In this document: positions 35,166 to 46,975 of the stretch, piece after piece
Position numbering within the stretch: the first letter of the stretch is position 1
How the letters are laid out: every line of letters begins with the position of its first letter
Source of the DNA: Felis catus
Taxonomy: Eukaryota
Length of the DNA: 64,000 nt
NCBI RefSeq assembly: GCF_018350175.1
Contig: NC_058368.1
Coordinates: 4,712,001 to 4,776,000 of the forward strand
Direction: 5' to 3'
The notes under the pieces: generated by a model
Seen by the model: the letters and a program-made list of their open reading frames with translations, nothing else
Database searches by the model: none
What the model was told of the DNA's origin: nothing
Translations under genes and position numbers: made by a program

Positions 35166-35538
35166 TTTAAAGTATTAAGCAGGTCTCAAATATTGCATCG
35201 GCCCTAATTACACTAAAAATTATTTGGATCTCTGATGATTTGTGGTTATTCATGAAAGGTACATTCATGTGATACAAATTAGACAAGACTAAAATGATCA
35301 CCCTAGCCATAAGGGCTTTTATAATGATGGTTATTTTGTGGGAAGCCCACCAGACTTTGAACCTGGAGACCTGTCTTTGAGTATGAACTCTTTGACTTAC
35401 TAAACATATGACAATAAGAAACTCCTTTGCCTCTCTAGCCCTTCATGTCCATAGCAATGAAAATGGAAATACCTCCACGCTTTTCTTATCACACCAAGCT
35501 GCTGTGAGAATCAAGTCTACGTAAAATATGCGGACATT

Positions 35539-35777
35539 GGGGTGCCTGGGTGGCGCAGTCGGTTAAGCGTCCGACTTCAGCCAGGTCACGATCTCACGGT
35601 CCGTGAGTTCGAGCCCCGCGTCAGGCTCTGGGCTGATGGCTCAGAGCCTGGAGCTTGTTTCCGATTCTGTGTCTCCCTCTCTCTCTGCCCCTCCCCCGTT
35701 CATGCTCTGTCTCTCTCTGTCCCAAAAATAAATAAATGTTGAAAAAAAATTAAAAAAAATAAAAATCAATTAAAAAA
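35539..35777 (+). mobile_element. Young SINEC_Fc inside a MIR relic
   Basis: Perfect TSD aaaatatgcggacat. Confidence 0.97.
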
Positions 35778-36045
35778 AAAATATGCGGACATCCTATGCA
35801 AATGTGAAAACCATCTAAGCAAATAGGAATGATTGTTACTACCCATTTAATGAGCTGTTACTGTAAAAACAGCAAATGGTTTTGGGGAAGTCAGTGTCAT
35901 TTAATAGATATTGAGCCAGGATATCCAAAAGTAACAAGAAATATAAAGTGAGAAAAACGTGATAGGTGTTAGAACCCCCTTAGATGTGTACTTTAGTTAT
36001 CTTTCCTTGTGAGGTGTTTACAAGTTAGTTAAAAGGTTGTGCCCC

Positions 36046-36137
36046 CTTTTGGGATGAGCACTGGGTGTTGTATGGAAACCAATTTGACAATAAATTTCAT
36101 ATATTGAAAAAAATACAAATACAAATAAAAATAAAAT
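36046..36137 (+). mobile_element. Very short young felid L1 3' end
   Basis: gggatgagcactgggtgttgtatggaaaccaatttgacaataaatttcat + A-rich tail; TSD aaaaggttgtgcccc. Confidence 0.9.
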
Positions 36138-36155
36138 AAAAGGTTGTGCCCCTTT

Positions 36156-36371
36156 GGGGCTCCTGGGTGGCTCAGTTGGTTAAGCGTCCGACTTCAGCTC
36201 AGGTCATGATCTCGTGGTTCATGAGTTCAAGACCTGAGTCAGGCTCTGTGCTGACAGCTCAGAGCCTGGAACCTGCTGTGGATTCTGTGTCTCCTTCTCT
36301 CTCTGCCCCTCCCCTACTCTCACTCTGTCTCTCTCTCTCTCTCCCAAAAATAAATAAACATTAAAAAAAAA
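36156..36371 (+). mobile_element. SINEC_Fc
   Basis: Canonical body; degenerate TSD. Confidence 0.95.
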
Positions 36372-36869
36372 CAAGGTGGTGTCCCTTTGACTCATGGTCG
36401 GCCTCACCCATAAAAAGGATCAGCTGTCTTGAGACGGCTTCCAAAATGATCCATATTTCCCACTCTCATCAGTATTTGTTTAGGTTTCTATTTGCCAAAA
36501 ACCCAGCAAGTGGTCCATGACCACATCTTGTCTTAGGATATGTACTCTTCATCCTTTTTCACTCATCTTTGTAGACATCGAGGAACTCAGAGCAACTGCT
36601 ACTATTTTGCCTGTTGCCACCTTCCTCATATGCTCCTTGGCCGGCACAGCAAGAACCCCGGGGAGAACTGCAGAGAGACGGGGGCGGGGGGGTGGGGGGA
36701 CCCGGAAACACAGCACTAAGTGAGAAGCAGACCACACAGGCCATTCCATCTCTCGAACAGATCATCCGGAAGTAAGAGATGTAAAGCTTTGATTTTTCGT
36801 TCCATTTTGGAAAGGAAAAACTTGATACTAAAAAAGAAGATGTATTATATTATTTTAGAAATACAACTT

Positions 36870-38450
36870 AGTGCAGGCAAAAATTCACAGAGATACAATG
36901 TAGAGTGGTGGTTTCCAGAGGCTGGGGCTGGGGTGGGGGAAAGTGCAGGTTGTTTAATGGGGACAGAGTTTCAGTCTCCTAAGATGAAGAGTTCTGGAGA
37001 CTGGTTGCACAACCATGTGAATATGCTTAACACTCCTGAACACTTCAATGGTTACGATGGTACAGCTTAGGTCAATATGCCACAATTAAAAAATAAACTT
37101 AAAAAAACTCAACAATAAGAAAATGAACTTGATTAAAACATGGGGAAAATGGCTGCCCAAACCCCTTACCAAAGCCGAGTACAGATGGCAAATCAGCATA
37201 TGAAGAGACGCTCAACATCACGTGTCATTGAGGAAGTGCACATTAAAACAACAAGATATCACTACGCACCTATGGGAAGGGCCCACATCTAAGACACTGA
37301 CAACACGAAATGCTGGGTGAGGGTGGGGAGTAACAGGAACTCTCATCCATCGCTGGTGGGAACGAACAATGGGGCAGCCACTTTGGAAGACAGTTCAGCA
37401 GTTTCTTACAAAACTAAACATATGATCCAGCCAGTGCAATCCTCGGTATTTACCCAAAGGAGCTGAAAACATGTGCACACAAAAACCTACCCATGGAAAT
37501 TTATAGCGGCTTTAGTCATAATGGTCGAAGCTTGGAGGCCACCAAGATGTCCCTCACTAGGTGATGGATAAACTGTGGTCCCTCCAGACAATGGAAGATT
37601 ATTCGGTGCCAAAAAGGAATGAGCCATCAGGCCATGAAAAGACATGCAGGAACCCCAACTGCTTACCAATAAGTGAAAGAAGCCAATCGGAAAAGGCTAC
37701 ATACTGTATGGGTCCAACTATGTGATGTTCTAGAAAAGGCAAAACTATGGAGACGGTAAAACGATCTGTGGTTGCCAAGGGTTAGGGGGAGAGAGGGATG
37801 AATAGGCAGGTCACAGAGGAATCTTAGGGCAGTGAAACTACGAATGGCCCTCAAGCAACACGAGGTTCAACTGGGCGGGGGGCCCATCTATATGTGAATT
37901 TTTCCCAGGAAGTACGGTACAGTAAAGTAAATGCATTTCCTCCTTCTTATGATTTTCTTAAAAACATTTTCTTTTCTGTAGCTTACTTTATTGTCGGAAT
38001 ACAGCATATAACACAGATAATGGACAAAATATGGGTTAATTGACTATGTTATTGGTAAGACTTCTCGTCAACGGTAGGTTATTAGTAGTTAAGTTTTCGT
38101 GGAGTCAAGAGTTGTATGCTGATCTTCCACTGCACAGGGGGTTGGCACCCCTAACCCCCACCTTGTTCAAGTATCAACTGTACTCTTAGGACACCACGAT
38201 GATCGATACATGTCACACGTTTTCCCAAACCCATCGAATATACACCACGAACAGTGAGCCCTAATGCAAACCATGGACCCTGGATGATTATAATGTGTAC
38301 ACGTGTACCAGTCTGATGGGGGACGTTGGTAATGGGGGAGGCTACGCATGTGTGGGGGCAGGGGAGTATGTGGGAAATCTCTTTACTTCCCGTTCAATTT
38401 TTCTGTGGACCGAGGACTGCTCTAAAAATTAAAGCCTATTAAAAAAATAA
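36870..38450 (+). mobile_element. LINE-1 3' fragments (short L1MB-like end, then L1MC-like ORF2 end and 3' UTR)
   Basis: gaaaaggctacatactgtatg...ttctagaaaaggcaaaactatggagac; 3' end ctgctctaaaaattaaagcctatt. Confidence 0.85.
37841..38180 (+). mobile_element. Tigger2a-type (TcMar) MITE nested in L1
   Basis: TA on both sides; ends cccctaacccccaccttgttcaagtatcaactg; internal ttttcttttctgtagcttactttattg. Confidence 0.85.
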
Positions 38451-38639
38451 GTAAGTGCAGTTGCTATCTGCTAAGAAGGTACTAAAATTTTGTCTTCCGG
38501 GCTGTTGATCAGGCAATCGGTATTTGTTACCGAATGTATCAGACAGAAGAGGAAACAGTAAACGCACAAACCTGCACGCTCGGTTTCATATACATTTTTA
38601 TCCCCAGGGGAAGAAGAACGAGACCGGAGCTCCATGCTG

Positions 38640-38840
38640 CAGCACAGAGTATAAACAGAGTTCTGAATCCCAAGTCAGCTGGCTTTAGGCTCTTATCCCA
38701 ATTTAGACACTTAGTAGTTACGTGGCCTTGGGTACATTCAGGAGGCTCTGAGCCTCAGGTCTGTAAAGTGAAAACAAAACCTACCTGAAAAATTGTTTGG
38801 GGGCCTAGTGTCACCCCAAGCAGCACTTAGCACACGCTAA
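38640..38840 (+). mobile_element. MIR relic
   Basis: gtggccttggg...ctctgagcctcagg.ctgtaaagtg. Confidence 0.6.
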
Positions 38841-40371
38841 TTCTCGGTCTCCTGGGACCATGGCTCGGCATAAGCCTTCAGGTGACAATCTGCCCTCGCC
38901 CAGACAGTTAAAATCGCAAAACCAGAAACGTGTGATCCCAGGTCGCTTCATTCACAAATTAGAGGGTCAAACCCAGCTCTGGGGACATTAGAGAGTTACT
39001 ACTAAATGCGGTTCAGTAAAGGGGACCCAGGCGGCCTCCCGGAGAGCCAGGCTCAGTGACAGGTCCAGCGAGGGGATCAAAGCGGTTTCCAGGGTGACCT
39101 AGAGCAGCGTGTGGGGGAGGGTGGAAGGTGACGGGCAGGGGTATTTCAACCAGGCCTCGCCTCACTCGAGAGTGCCTCACTGTGCCCTGCCTGCTGCGCA
39201 TGGACGTTCGCTTAAAATATTTAGCATTCAGTCGGAATGTCTAAAACGCAAAAGATTTTCACCTGAACAGGAGCCGGGAACCTTTAGAATCTCATTAAGA
39301 TGCCAACAAATTGACCTACTCTCAGTCCCCGGATGTTGTCCGCGGCTAAGGGTCATGGTCACGTTGCTCCCGGTGTCCCTGACCGAGGGACAACCAGAGC
39401 GTGTGGTTCGTCGAGTGTGCGTCCAAGTCCTGTCCCTTGGGGTGGGGCGGGGGCGCAATGAGCTGGTCACCACTTGGCTGTGACTGAGACACGTGGCAGA
39501 GGTGCTGGGGGCAGGACAACGGCCACTGAGCCAGCCGCTCTGGTGCAGGATGCGTGCCAGGACTGCGAGGACCCCAGGCCCCTCCCAGCCGCACCCCTTC
39601 ACTCCAGATCCGGGCTGACACGTGTGGGAGCCGGGGGTATTGTCAGGTTTTGTCTGTGATCCTTGGAGCATCGGCATCATGCTCGGAGGGAAGTCTTCCT
39701 GGGCCTTTGGAGATTTGAGAGCACATCCCTCAACTGTGTTCATAGGAGTGGGCCTGTTGCAGCAACTATGGCTCTTTCTCTGTGTTTGCTCTCCGCCTTC
39801 ATTGAAAATGAAAGCAAATGAAAAAACGGATTAAGCCACAGGGAAATGGAACTCACTTGCCGGCCCAGAGTAGAGACGCGACTGGATCAGGCAGTGGACT
39901 TTGCTTTCTTCACCCCACCCCCCACCCCAGGCCACTACTCCCCTCACTTTTCTCCCTCCCGTGAAGGGCTCATCTGCCGTTTCACCGGCTTCGGCTGCTG
40001 CCACTATCCAAAGACTTGCAAAAAAACAGGTCCTACCCACTCTCCCGTCCGGAATTCGCTTGTGCGTCTCCGGCTTCCTGAAGCTTCCGTTTGGTGCCTA
40101 CCATGAGAAGGTCTCCGGGAGGACTCAGAATTCCGCCTTCTTTCCTCTATGTCGTTCTTTCTCTGAACTGTTTCTTCCATGATTCATCCCAGCTGGTCCT
40201 CAACCTCGAACCCACCCTTGTCACCTCCACCCTCCCCTGCCTCCTTCCCTGAACTTCTTCCGGCCAGTCACCAAGTCCTACTGACCGTGCCATGCAGTGA
40301 CCTCCTGAATCCACCCTTTGCTATCATATAGTGAACCCGGGACACTTTCAAGCATTTGCCAAGTAATGGCC

Positions 40372-41039
40372 TGTGCTGCTGTGATTTATATTCACGTGCA
40401 CTGTCGTGCGTATTTTTAGCTTCGTCCATGGCCGTGGTTCCGCACGCACACACATAGCACACGTCTCTGAAAACTCTGTAATCTCCTAAGCGATAAGAGC
40501 ATTGGGAGAATTTTTGTTTCCGGATCTGGTCTTTTGTCCCAAGCTCCTGAAAGAACTCCTGAGCAAGGAGGTGAAAGGAGTGTCTTGTGTTCATAACGAG
40601 CCCTTCCGATCCGCGTTCCTGTTAATCAGGCGGTTCTTGGAAAGCCTCTAGATAACCACCCAGCCCTTCGCCCATACCTTGTCCCGGGCGTCTCTGCCAT
40701 CTGGCTCTTTCTGAGTTGTATCCTTTTATCACAAACTGGTACTCTAGTGAGCAAGCTATTTTCCTGAGTTCTGAAAACTGTTGTAGCAAATTAATGCACT
40801 GAGACGGGGGCGGGGGGTCGTAGGAACTTCTGATACACGGGTAACCCGGACTTGAGAGTGACATCTGGGGGGGGGAGGGGCAGTCTCGTGGCATCTGAAC
40901 CCTCGACCTGTGGGAGCTGATGCTGTCCAGGTGGATAACGTCAGAACTGGGTTAAATTACAGGACGCTCATCTGGTGTCACACAATTGCTTGGTGTGGGA
41001 AACTGCCCCCAACATCTGGTACCAGACGTGAAGTACTGA
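40372..41039 (+). mobile_element. MER21-like solo LTR
   Basis: ctcctaagcgataagagc, ttcctgagttctg...gcaaattaat, ggggcagtctcgtgg. Confidence 0.78.
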
Positions 41040-41258
41040 GGGGAGCCTGGGTGGCTCAGTCGGCTGAGCGTCTCACTCTTGATTTCGGCTCAGGTCGTGA
41101 TCTCATGGTCCCTGGATTTGAGCCCCGTATCAGGCTCTGTGCTGACAGGGTGGGGCCTGCTTGGGACTCTCTCCCTCTCTCCTACTCGCACGCGCACACT
41201 CTCTCTCTCTCTCTCTCTCCCCCTCAAAGGAAATCAATAAAAAACTTTAAAAAAGAAA
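41040..41258 (+). mobile_element. Can-SINE
   Basis: TSD gtgaag.a.tgag. Confidence 0.92.
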
Positions 41259-41426
41259 GGGGAGTGAAGCATTGAGCGTCGAGGAGGAGTCTGGTTTTTC
41301 CCTTCCCTAACCCCGATTCTGCGTCTTCCTCCTCTAATTCAGCTGCTAAACAGCAACCAGACGACTCCTTCCAAACTTGACACAGAGGACTCCCTTGTTA
41401 TAAAACGTCAGTGACTTCCCCTTGCG

Positions 41427-41612
41427 TGAGTTGCCGGATAAAAGTACGGGGTGCCCAGTTCAGTCTGAATTTCAAAGAAACAACAAATACGATTTTTGAA
41501 TGTGACTATATCCCATGGGATATTTAGGACATAATTACACCAAAAGTTGTTATTTACCTGAAATTCAAATACAACCGGGCATCGTATTTTATTTGCCAAA
41601 TCTGACAACCCT
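41427..41612. mobile_element. MER53 palindromic MITE
   Basis: gttgccggataaaagtac.gggtgcccagtt...tgaaattcaaatacaaccgggcatcgtattttatttgccaaatctgacaaccct. Confidence 0.88.
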
Positions 41613-41799
41613 CCCATTTGCCTACAAGACAGAAACCAAACCGTGCATGTGGCATTTAAGGCCTTCCACCATTTGAACTTTCCCCGTGGCTCTTCCCCCT
41701 TATAGTCAGACTTGTCCACTCCCCACTTGGCAATAATATTTCTCCAGCCCAGGGCTTCCCCCTCCTTCTCTTTGCTTGTTTAAATCTGACCCTCTTTTT

Positions 41800-42010
41800 T
41801 TGTTTTTTTAAAAATTTTTTAAAGTTTATTTATTTTGAGAGAGCGAGTGGGGGAGGGGCAGAGAGAGAGGGAGAGAGAGAGAGAATGCCAAGCAGGCCCT
41901 GCGCTGAATGTGCATCTCGATGTGTGGCTCGAACCCACAAACCATGAGATCACGACCTGAGCGGAAACCAAGAGTCCAATGCTTAACTGACTGAGCCACC
42001 CAGCTGCCCC
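41800..42010 (-). mobile_element. Can-SINE
   Basis: TSD aaat.tgaccctcttttt. Confidence 0.94.
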
Positions 42011-42138
42011 AAATGTGACCCTCTTTTTAAGTCCCTTTCTTCCGTGAAACCTTCCCTGGGTTCTGAGAACTGGCACTCTGAGCCTGTAGACTTCATTGAC
42101 TACGTAGCTCTGATCTGGTTAAGATGCCTTGGAATATT

Positions 42139-42358
42139 GGATCGCCTGGGTGGCTCAGTCGGCTAAGCGTCTGACTCTCGGATTCTGCTCAGGTCATGAT
42201 CTCGTGGTTCATGGATTCAAGCCCCATATCAGGCTCTGCCCTGACAGTGCAGAGCCTGCTTGGGATTCTCTCTCTCTCTCTCTCTCTCTCTCTGCCCCTC
42301 CCTCAGTTGGGCTGTCTCTTTATCTTTCAAAATAAATGAATAAACTTAAAAAAAAGAA
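42139..42358 (+). mobile_element. Can-SINE
   Basis: TSD aagatgc.ttgg.atat. Confidence 0.93.
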
Positions 42359-42795
42359 AAGATGCTTTGGCATATCGACAGTGCCCTGGGACTCGGTAAC
42401 ACCAGAGCTAGCCAACGCAATGGGCATTTCGCTCGTCGCCTGGGCAGAAGCAAGAAGGCTCCGACCCCACAGACAGGCCAGCTCCAGCCGTGCCAAGCAG
42501 CTCACTGGTAACTGCCTGGCACAGACCTGCAGGGTGTAGGAGGAAAGCTCTCCCTGCAAAGAAAGCTGGTCCACGCAGAAGTGAAGGAATGGCCAGGTAG
42601 GGGCAAATTCAACATCTAGCAAAGGCACCTTGCTACGGACGCGGGAACCTCCCTCTCGGATCTAGGGTCCCTCGGGCTTCCTGTTTGGGACCAAACACCC
42701 CCAATTCCTCCAGCCCACATAACAGGGCTTCCCGCACCCAGCACTCTTTCCTTGGACATTCTCAAGTCAATGTTGCTCGTTGAAAAGCAGACCCA

Positions 42796-43029
42796 GGGGT
42801 GCCTGGGTGGCGCAGTCGGTTAAGCGTCCGACTTCAGCCAGGTCACGGTCTCGCGGTCCAGGAGTTCGAGCCCCGCGTCGGGCTCTGGGCTGATGGCTCA
42901 GAGCCTGGAGCCTGTTTCTGATTCTGTGTCTCCCTCTCTCTCTGCCCCTCCCCCGTTCATGCTCTGTCTCTCTCTGTCCCAAAAATAAATAAACGTTGAA
43001 AAAAAAAATATAAAAAAAAAAAGAAAAAA
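42796..43029 (+). mobile_element. Young SINEC_Fc
   Basis: Perfect TSD gaaaagcagacccag. Confidence 0.97.
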
Positions 43030-43679
43030 GAAAAGCAGACCCAGAGCCGGATCGCACACTCTGCACTTGAGGCTCCATGACCAACGGTAACAAGAAAAAA
43101 CACAACAGTCTCCCGTCGACCCCTTGCTTCTGAGCAGACACATGATGTTGAGCTAGGTGTTTATCACCCCTGTCGCTCTCAGGTTTTACGCCTCGTTCCC
43201 AAGTCGGCAATACGGCCAAATCCTCTTCTCACACGCTATGATCGAGCTAGGCTTCCTCTGACCTACACGTGAACTTTCGGATGAATTGCTCAGTGCACTG
43301 GAACCACTTGTTCCCCGGCCCACGACCGCACACCGTTAGAAGGAAACAGCGAGGACGCCGATGTCCTTCCCTGGGCATTGTACCAATCTTCAAGTAGCAA
43401 TGCGAGCAACTTCTCCGCCTCTCGTGGGCTCAGCTCCTCCTCCCTCCCCTGTTCCTCTATAAAGAAGCTGAACTGAACGCTCACACCCTTTCCCCACCTA
43501 GCAAACGCCGCCTCATGCTGTACCCGGAGCCCCGGGGTGCCCGATTTCCCTACTTACACCCACATCTTACCAATGAATTTAAATCACTCCACTCCTTTCT
43601 GCACTCACCCAGGATGTTGCTAAGTTACGGGAGATAATTAGGAACAGGTTTGAGAGCTCATTATAATTCCAGTCACGGT

Positions 43680-43680
<1 letters not shown>

Positions 43681-43721
<41 letters not shown>

Positions 43722-43731
43722 CCCCCCCCCC
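43681..43731 (+). repeat. (CT)19 followed by a C-run
   Basis: Direct reading. Confidence 0.93.
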
Positions 43732-44142
43732 TTTTGAAGGAGCAGGAGGCATGGGAGGAAAATGCTCGTTAAGCCCACATCAAGAAAAACCTTCATTTTT
43801 AGAGCGGGTAGCACCGGGCTCTTGCAAACTGCACAAATGAGTCCTCGTGGCGGAAATCCATGAAACCCTTAATCGGACCCCCGCCTGCTTCAAGGAAAAT
43901 GTCAGGAAAGCACCTGGCCTCTAGTTGGGGATTGTTTGCGCCCGCTGACGATGGATGGGGCCGCCAGGCAATGAGCAGTTAAAACTTTATAGATTCTCAA
44001 GTAGCAGGTGGAATCAGTCTAATCGCCATCTGGCCGAACGTGGTGTTTCAGACCAGTAAGTGCCACCTCCATGTCTGAAAAGTGACTCCCTTTGATTCCC
44101 CAAGCGACCCTTGCAGGAGAGGTCCGAAGAGAGCGGAGTTTT

Positions 44143-44369
44143 ATTTATTTATTTTTAAATTTTTTTTAAATGTTTGTTTATTTTTGAGACAGGGAGAGAC
44201 AGCATGAACAGGGGAGGGGCAGAGAGAGGGGGAGACACAGAATCCGAAACAGGCTCCAGGCTCTGAGCCCTCAGCCCAGAGCCCGACGTGGGGCTCGAAC
44301 CCACGGACCGTGAGATCGTGACCTGAGCCGAAGTCGGACGCTGAACCGACTGAGCCGCCCAGGCGCCCC
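44143..44369 (-). mobile_element. SINEC_Fc
   Basis: TSD gagagcggagtttt. Confidence 0.96.
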
Positions 44370-44958
44370 GAGAGCGGAGTTTTAACCCACCGTGATTCAT
44401 GTTACAAAATGAGTTCGCCTGGAAATATTGTTCCGTGTGCCAATGGCGGGGGAGGACAGGTCAGAAATTTGGGGAACCTTCAAAACTCCAACCACCTGCA
44501 AGCAGAGAGATATCACCGTTCTGTCTCCGAGGCTGGAGTCCCTGGTCACTCCCCGATGACCTAGCGCCCTCTGGCCCAAGCCAGCCCCATCCTCCTTTGA
44601 CCCCGCCGGCTTGTTCGCAATCTGTGGTCCTCGTTTTCTCACGCTCCCTGAGAAGGCAGAGCTGAAGCTGACACGGGGGCAAGGCACCGTCTGTTAGATG
44701 GCAGGAGCCAAAACCCCCTGCATTTGCCACCGGGCACCTGTCTCTATTCCATTTTCCTGGGAGACCTCCATTTGCGGGTGGAGAACCGACGTGGCCCCCA
44801 AATTATTCTCTGATGCTTTTCTCTCCTTAGGTTGTAAGCACCTGGAGGCCGGAGAGTGCCTCACTCCTCTCTGCACCCAGAAAAGCTTTTTATTAAACAA
44901 ATGAGTTTTCCTTACATGGAAGCTTTCTAGTCTGCCTTAGAAAGCACGGGCTCTTCCC

Positions 44959-45182
44959 GGGGCACCTGGGGGGCTCAGTCAGTCAGGCGTCCAACTTCAG
45001 CCCAGGTCACGATCTCACGGTTTGCGGGTTCGAGCCCCGCATCGAGCTCTGTGCTCACAGCTCAGAGCCTGGAGCCTGCTTCAGAATCTGTGTCCCCCTC
45101 TCTATCTGCCCCTCTGCCCATCGTGGTCTGTCTGTCTCTCTTTCTCAAAAATAAATAAATAGTAAAAAAAAATTTTTTTTTA
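44959..45182 (+). mobile_element. SINEC_Fc
   Basis: Canonical body. Confidence 0.94.
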
Positions 45183-45382
45183 ATGCTTGGGCTATTCCAA
45201 CCATTAACCGTTTAGACGTATGCCTGAAGCACGGAGAAAAAACTGTGCAAAAATACTCTTCTAATACATTAAGAGGTCTCCAGAAGAGAGAGCCCTTCCA
45301 TACTGACACTACTCAGCCGTTTTCGTTTTTGTTGTCATCGTACTGATGTGGGAATAGTGTGAGGATCTTGTTTTTATTTCAG

Positions 45383-45471
45383 CTCTGGTCACAGACAAGA
45401 ATTTCTGTGGCTCTCTGAGCACTGCACTCTGATGGGGAAAACACTGCACAGGGCCACACCCCCAACCCCAG
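45383..45471 (+). other. Candidate 89-nt exon
   Basis: cttgtttttatttcag acceptor, CAG|GTGAGC donor; one open frame containing ATG at 45432. Confidence 0.4.
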
Positions 45472-46139
45472 GTGAGCTCCCGACCCATGTCGCCCTCCCC
45501 CGTCGCAGCTAGTTACGTGATTTTAATCCAACGAACCAAGCACGTTTGCGGGCACGTATTTTTCAAGGCATACCAGTGACTGACCTCGGCTCAAACCCTG
45601 CCTCCGTCCCAGGAGAGCTGTGTGCCCCTGGGTGAGGAACTTCCTTTCCTCAACCTCGGGACCCTCAGCTGTCAACAAGATACTGACTGACACCTCGCAA
45701 AGACGTAAGCGTTTCGCACTCTGCACATGAGGCAATGGGCATGGCACTCGGCAGGTGGCAGATATTTAATAAACGGCAGCGGACCTTATCATCGTTATTC
45801 TTCTGGGTACCAAGCTGGTAAGATGAGGAGAGTGAGTGGCCATGGGAGTGGACATGGTGCAGCCATCTGAGGGAACGTGGCAGTCAAACTGTGAAAGCAG
45901 GTGAGGACATGACCTATGACCTGTACGTCCCGCTTTTAGGAGATTCCCGGGGAGCACAGCACCGGGAACAGGTGCGGGTGGCGGACGGCAGTATTCTCGG
46001 AAAGTGGGGGGCAGCCTGGGGCCAACCCGTGTGCAGATGGATAAGAAACACAGCGGCTACCCCTGATAGGAGACTGTGAAGCAGACAGAGGCATAAGCCA
46101 GAGGTACCGTCAGAAACATCCATTGGTTTTTACGTATTT

Positions 46140-46251
46140 GTTTCAGAAAGGTTTCTATTTTAAGTGACCTCTACACCCAACATGGGGCTCAAACACACAA
46201 CCCCGAGGTCAACAGTAGCACGCTCCCGTGACTGAGCCAGCCAGGCGCCCC
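46140..46251 (-). mobile_element. Older short Can-SINE
   Basis: ctctacacccaacatggggctc...ctgagccagccaggcgcccc. Confidence 0.85.
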
Positions 46252-46355
46252 CACCCCCCGGTGTTTAAAACACAGTCTGCCATTGGTTAAGCATTAGGAA
46301 ACGTGCGTCCTAAAGCACAATACCATTCTGTAAATTTAAAAAACTTAACATTCGA

Positions 46356-46568
46356 GGGCATCAAGTGGCTCAGTCGGTTGAGCGCCCGACTTCGGCTCAG
46401 GTCATGACCTTGCGGCTCGTGAGTTCGAGCCCCGCGTCGGGCTCTGTGCCGACAGCTCGGAGCCTGGAGCCTGCTTCGGATTCTGCGTTTCCCTCTCTCT
46501 CTGTCCCTCCCCTGCTCGCTCTCTCTTCTTCTCTCAGAAATAAATAAACACTAAAAAAACAAAATAAA
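46356..46568 (+). mobile_element. SINEC_Fc
   Basis: Canonical body and A-tail. Confidence 0.93.
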
Positions 46569-46736
46569 GTGCTTATATTCACATAACCACGCTCTGTACT
46601 GTTCAGAGATCTGTACAGATCCAGGGACACATGCCAAACATACCACAGCAGGCGCTTGTAGGCCCGGGGGAGAAGGGTTAATGAGAGTGGGGCGTGGGGA
46701 TGAAGTGGGGAAAAAAAAGAATAAAATAAAACGAGA

Positions 46737-46975
46737 GGGGCACCTGGTGGCTCAGCCAGTTGGGCAACCAACTCTTGATTTTGCCTCCGGTCATGATCTC
46801 ACGGTTCCTGGGTTCGAGCCCTGCATCAGGCTCCATGCTGACAGTGTGGATTCTGCTTGGATTCTCTCTCTGTCTGTGCCCCTCCCCTGCTTGCACTCTC
46901 TCTGTCTCTTTGAAAATAAACTAAAAGAAAAAAACAAAACAAAACGCGAACAACAACAAAACACACACAGAAAAA
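46737..46975 (+). mobile_element. Can-SINE
   Basis: Head ggggcacctggtggctcag; long A-rich tail. Confidence 0.9.
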
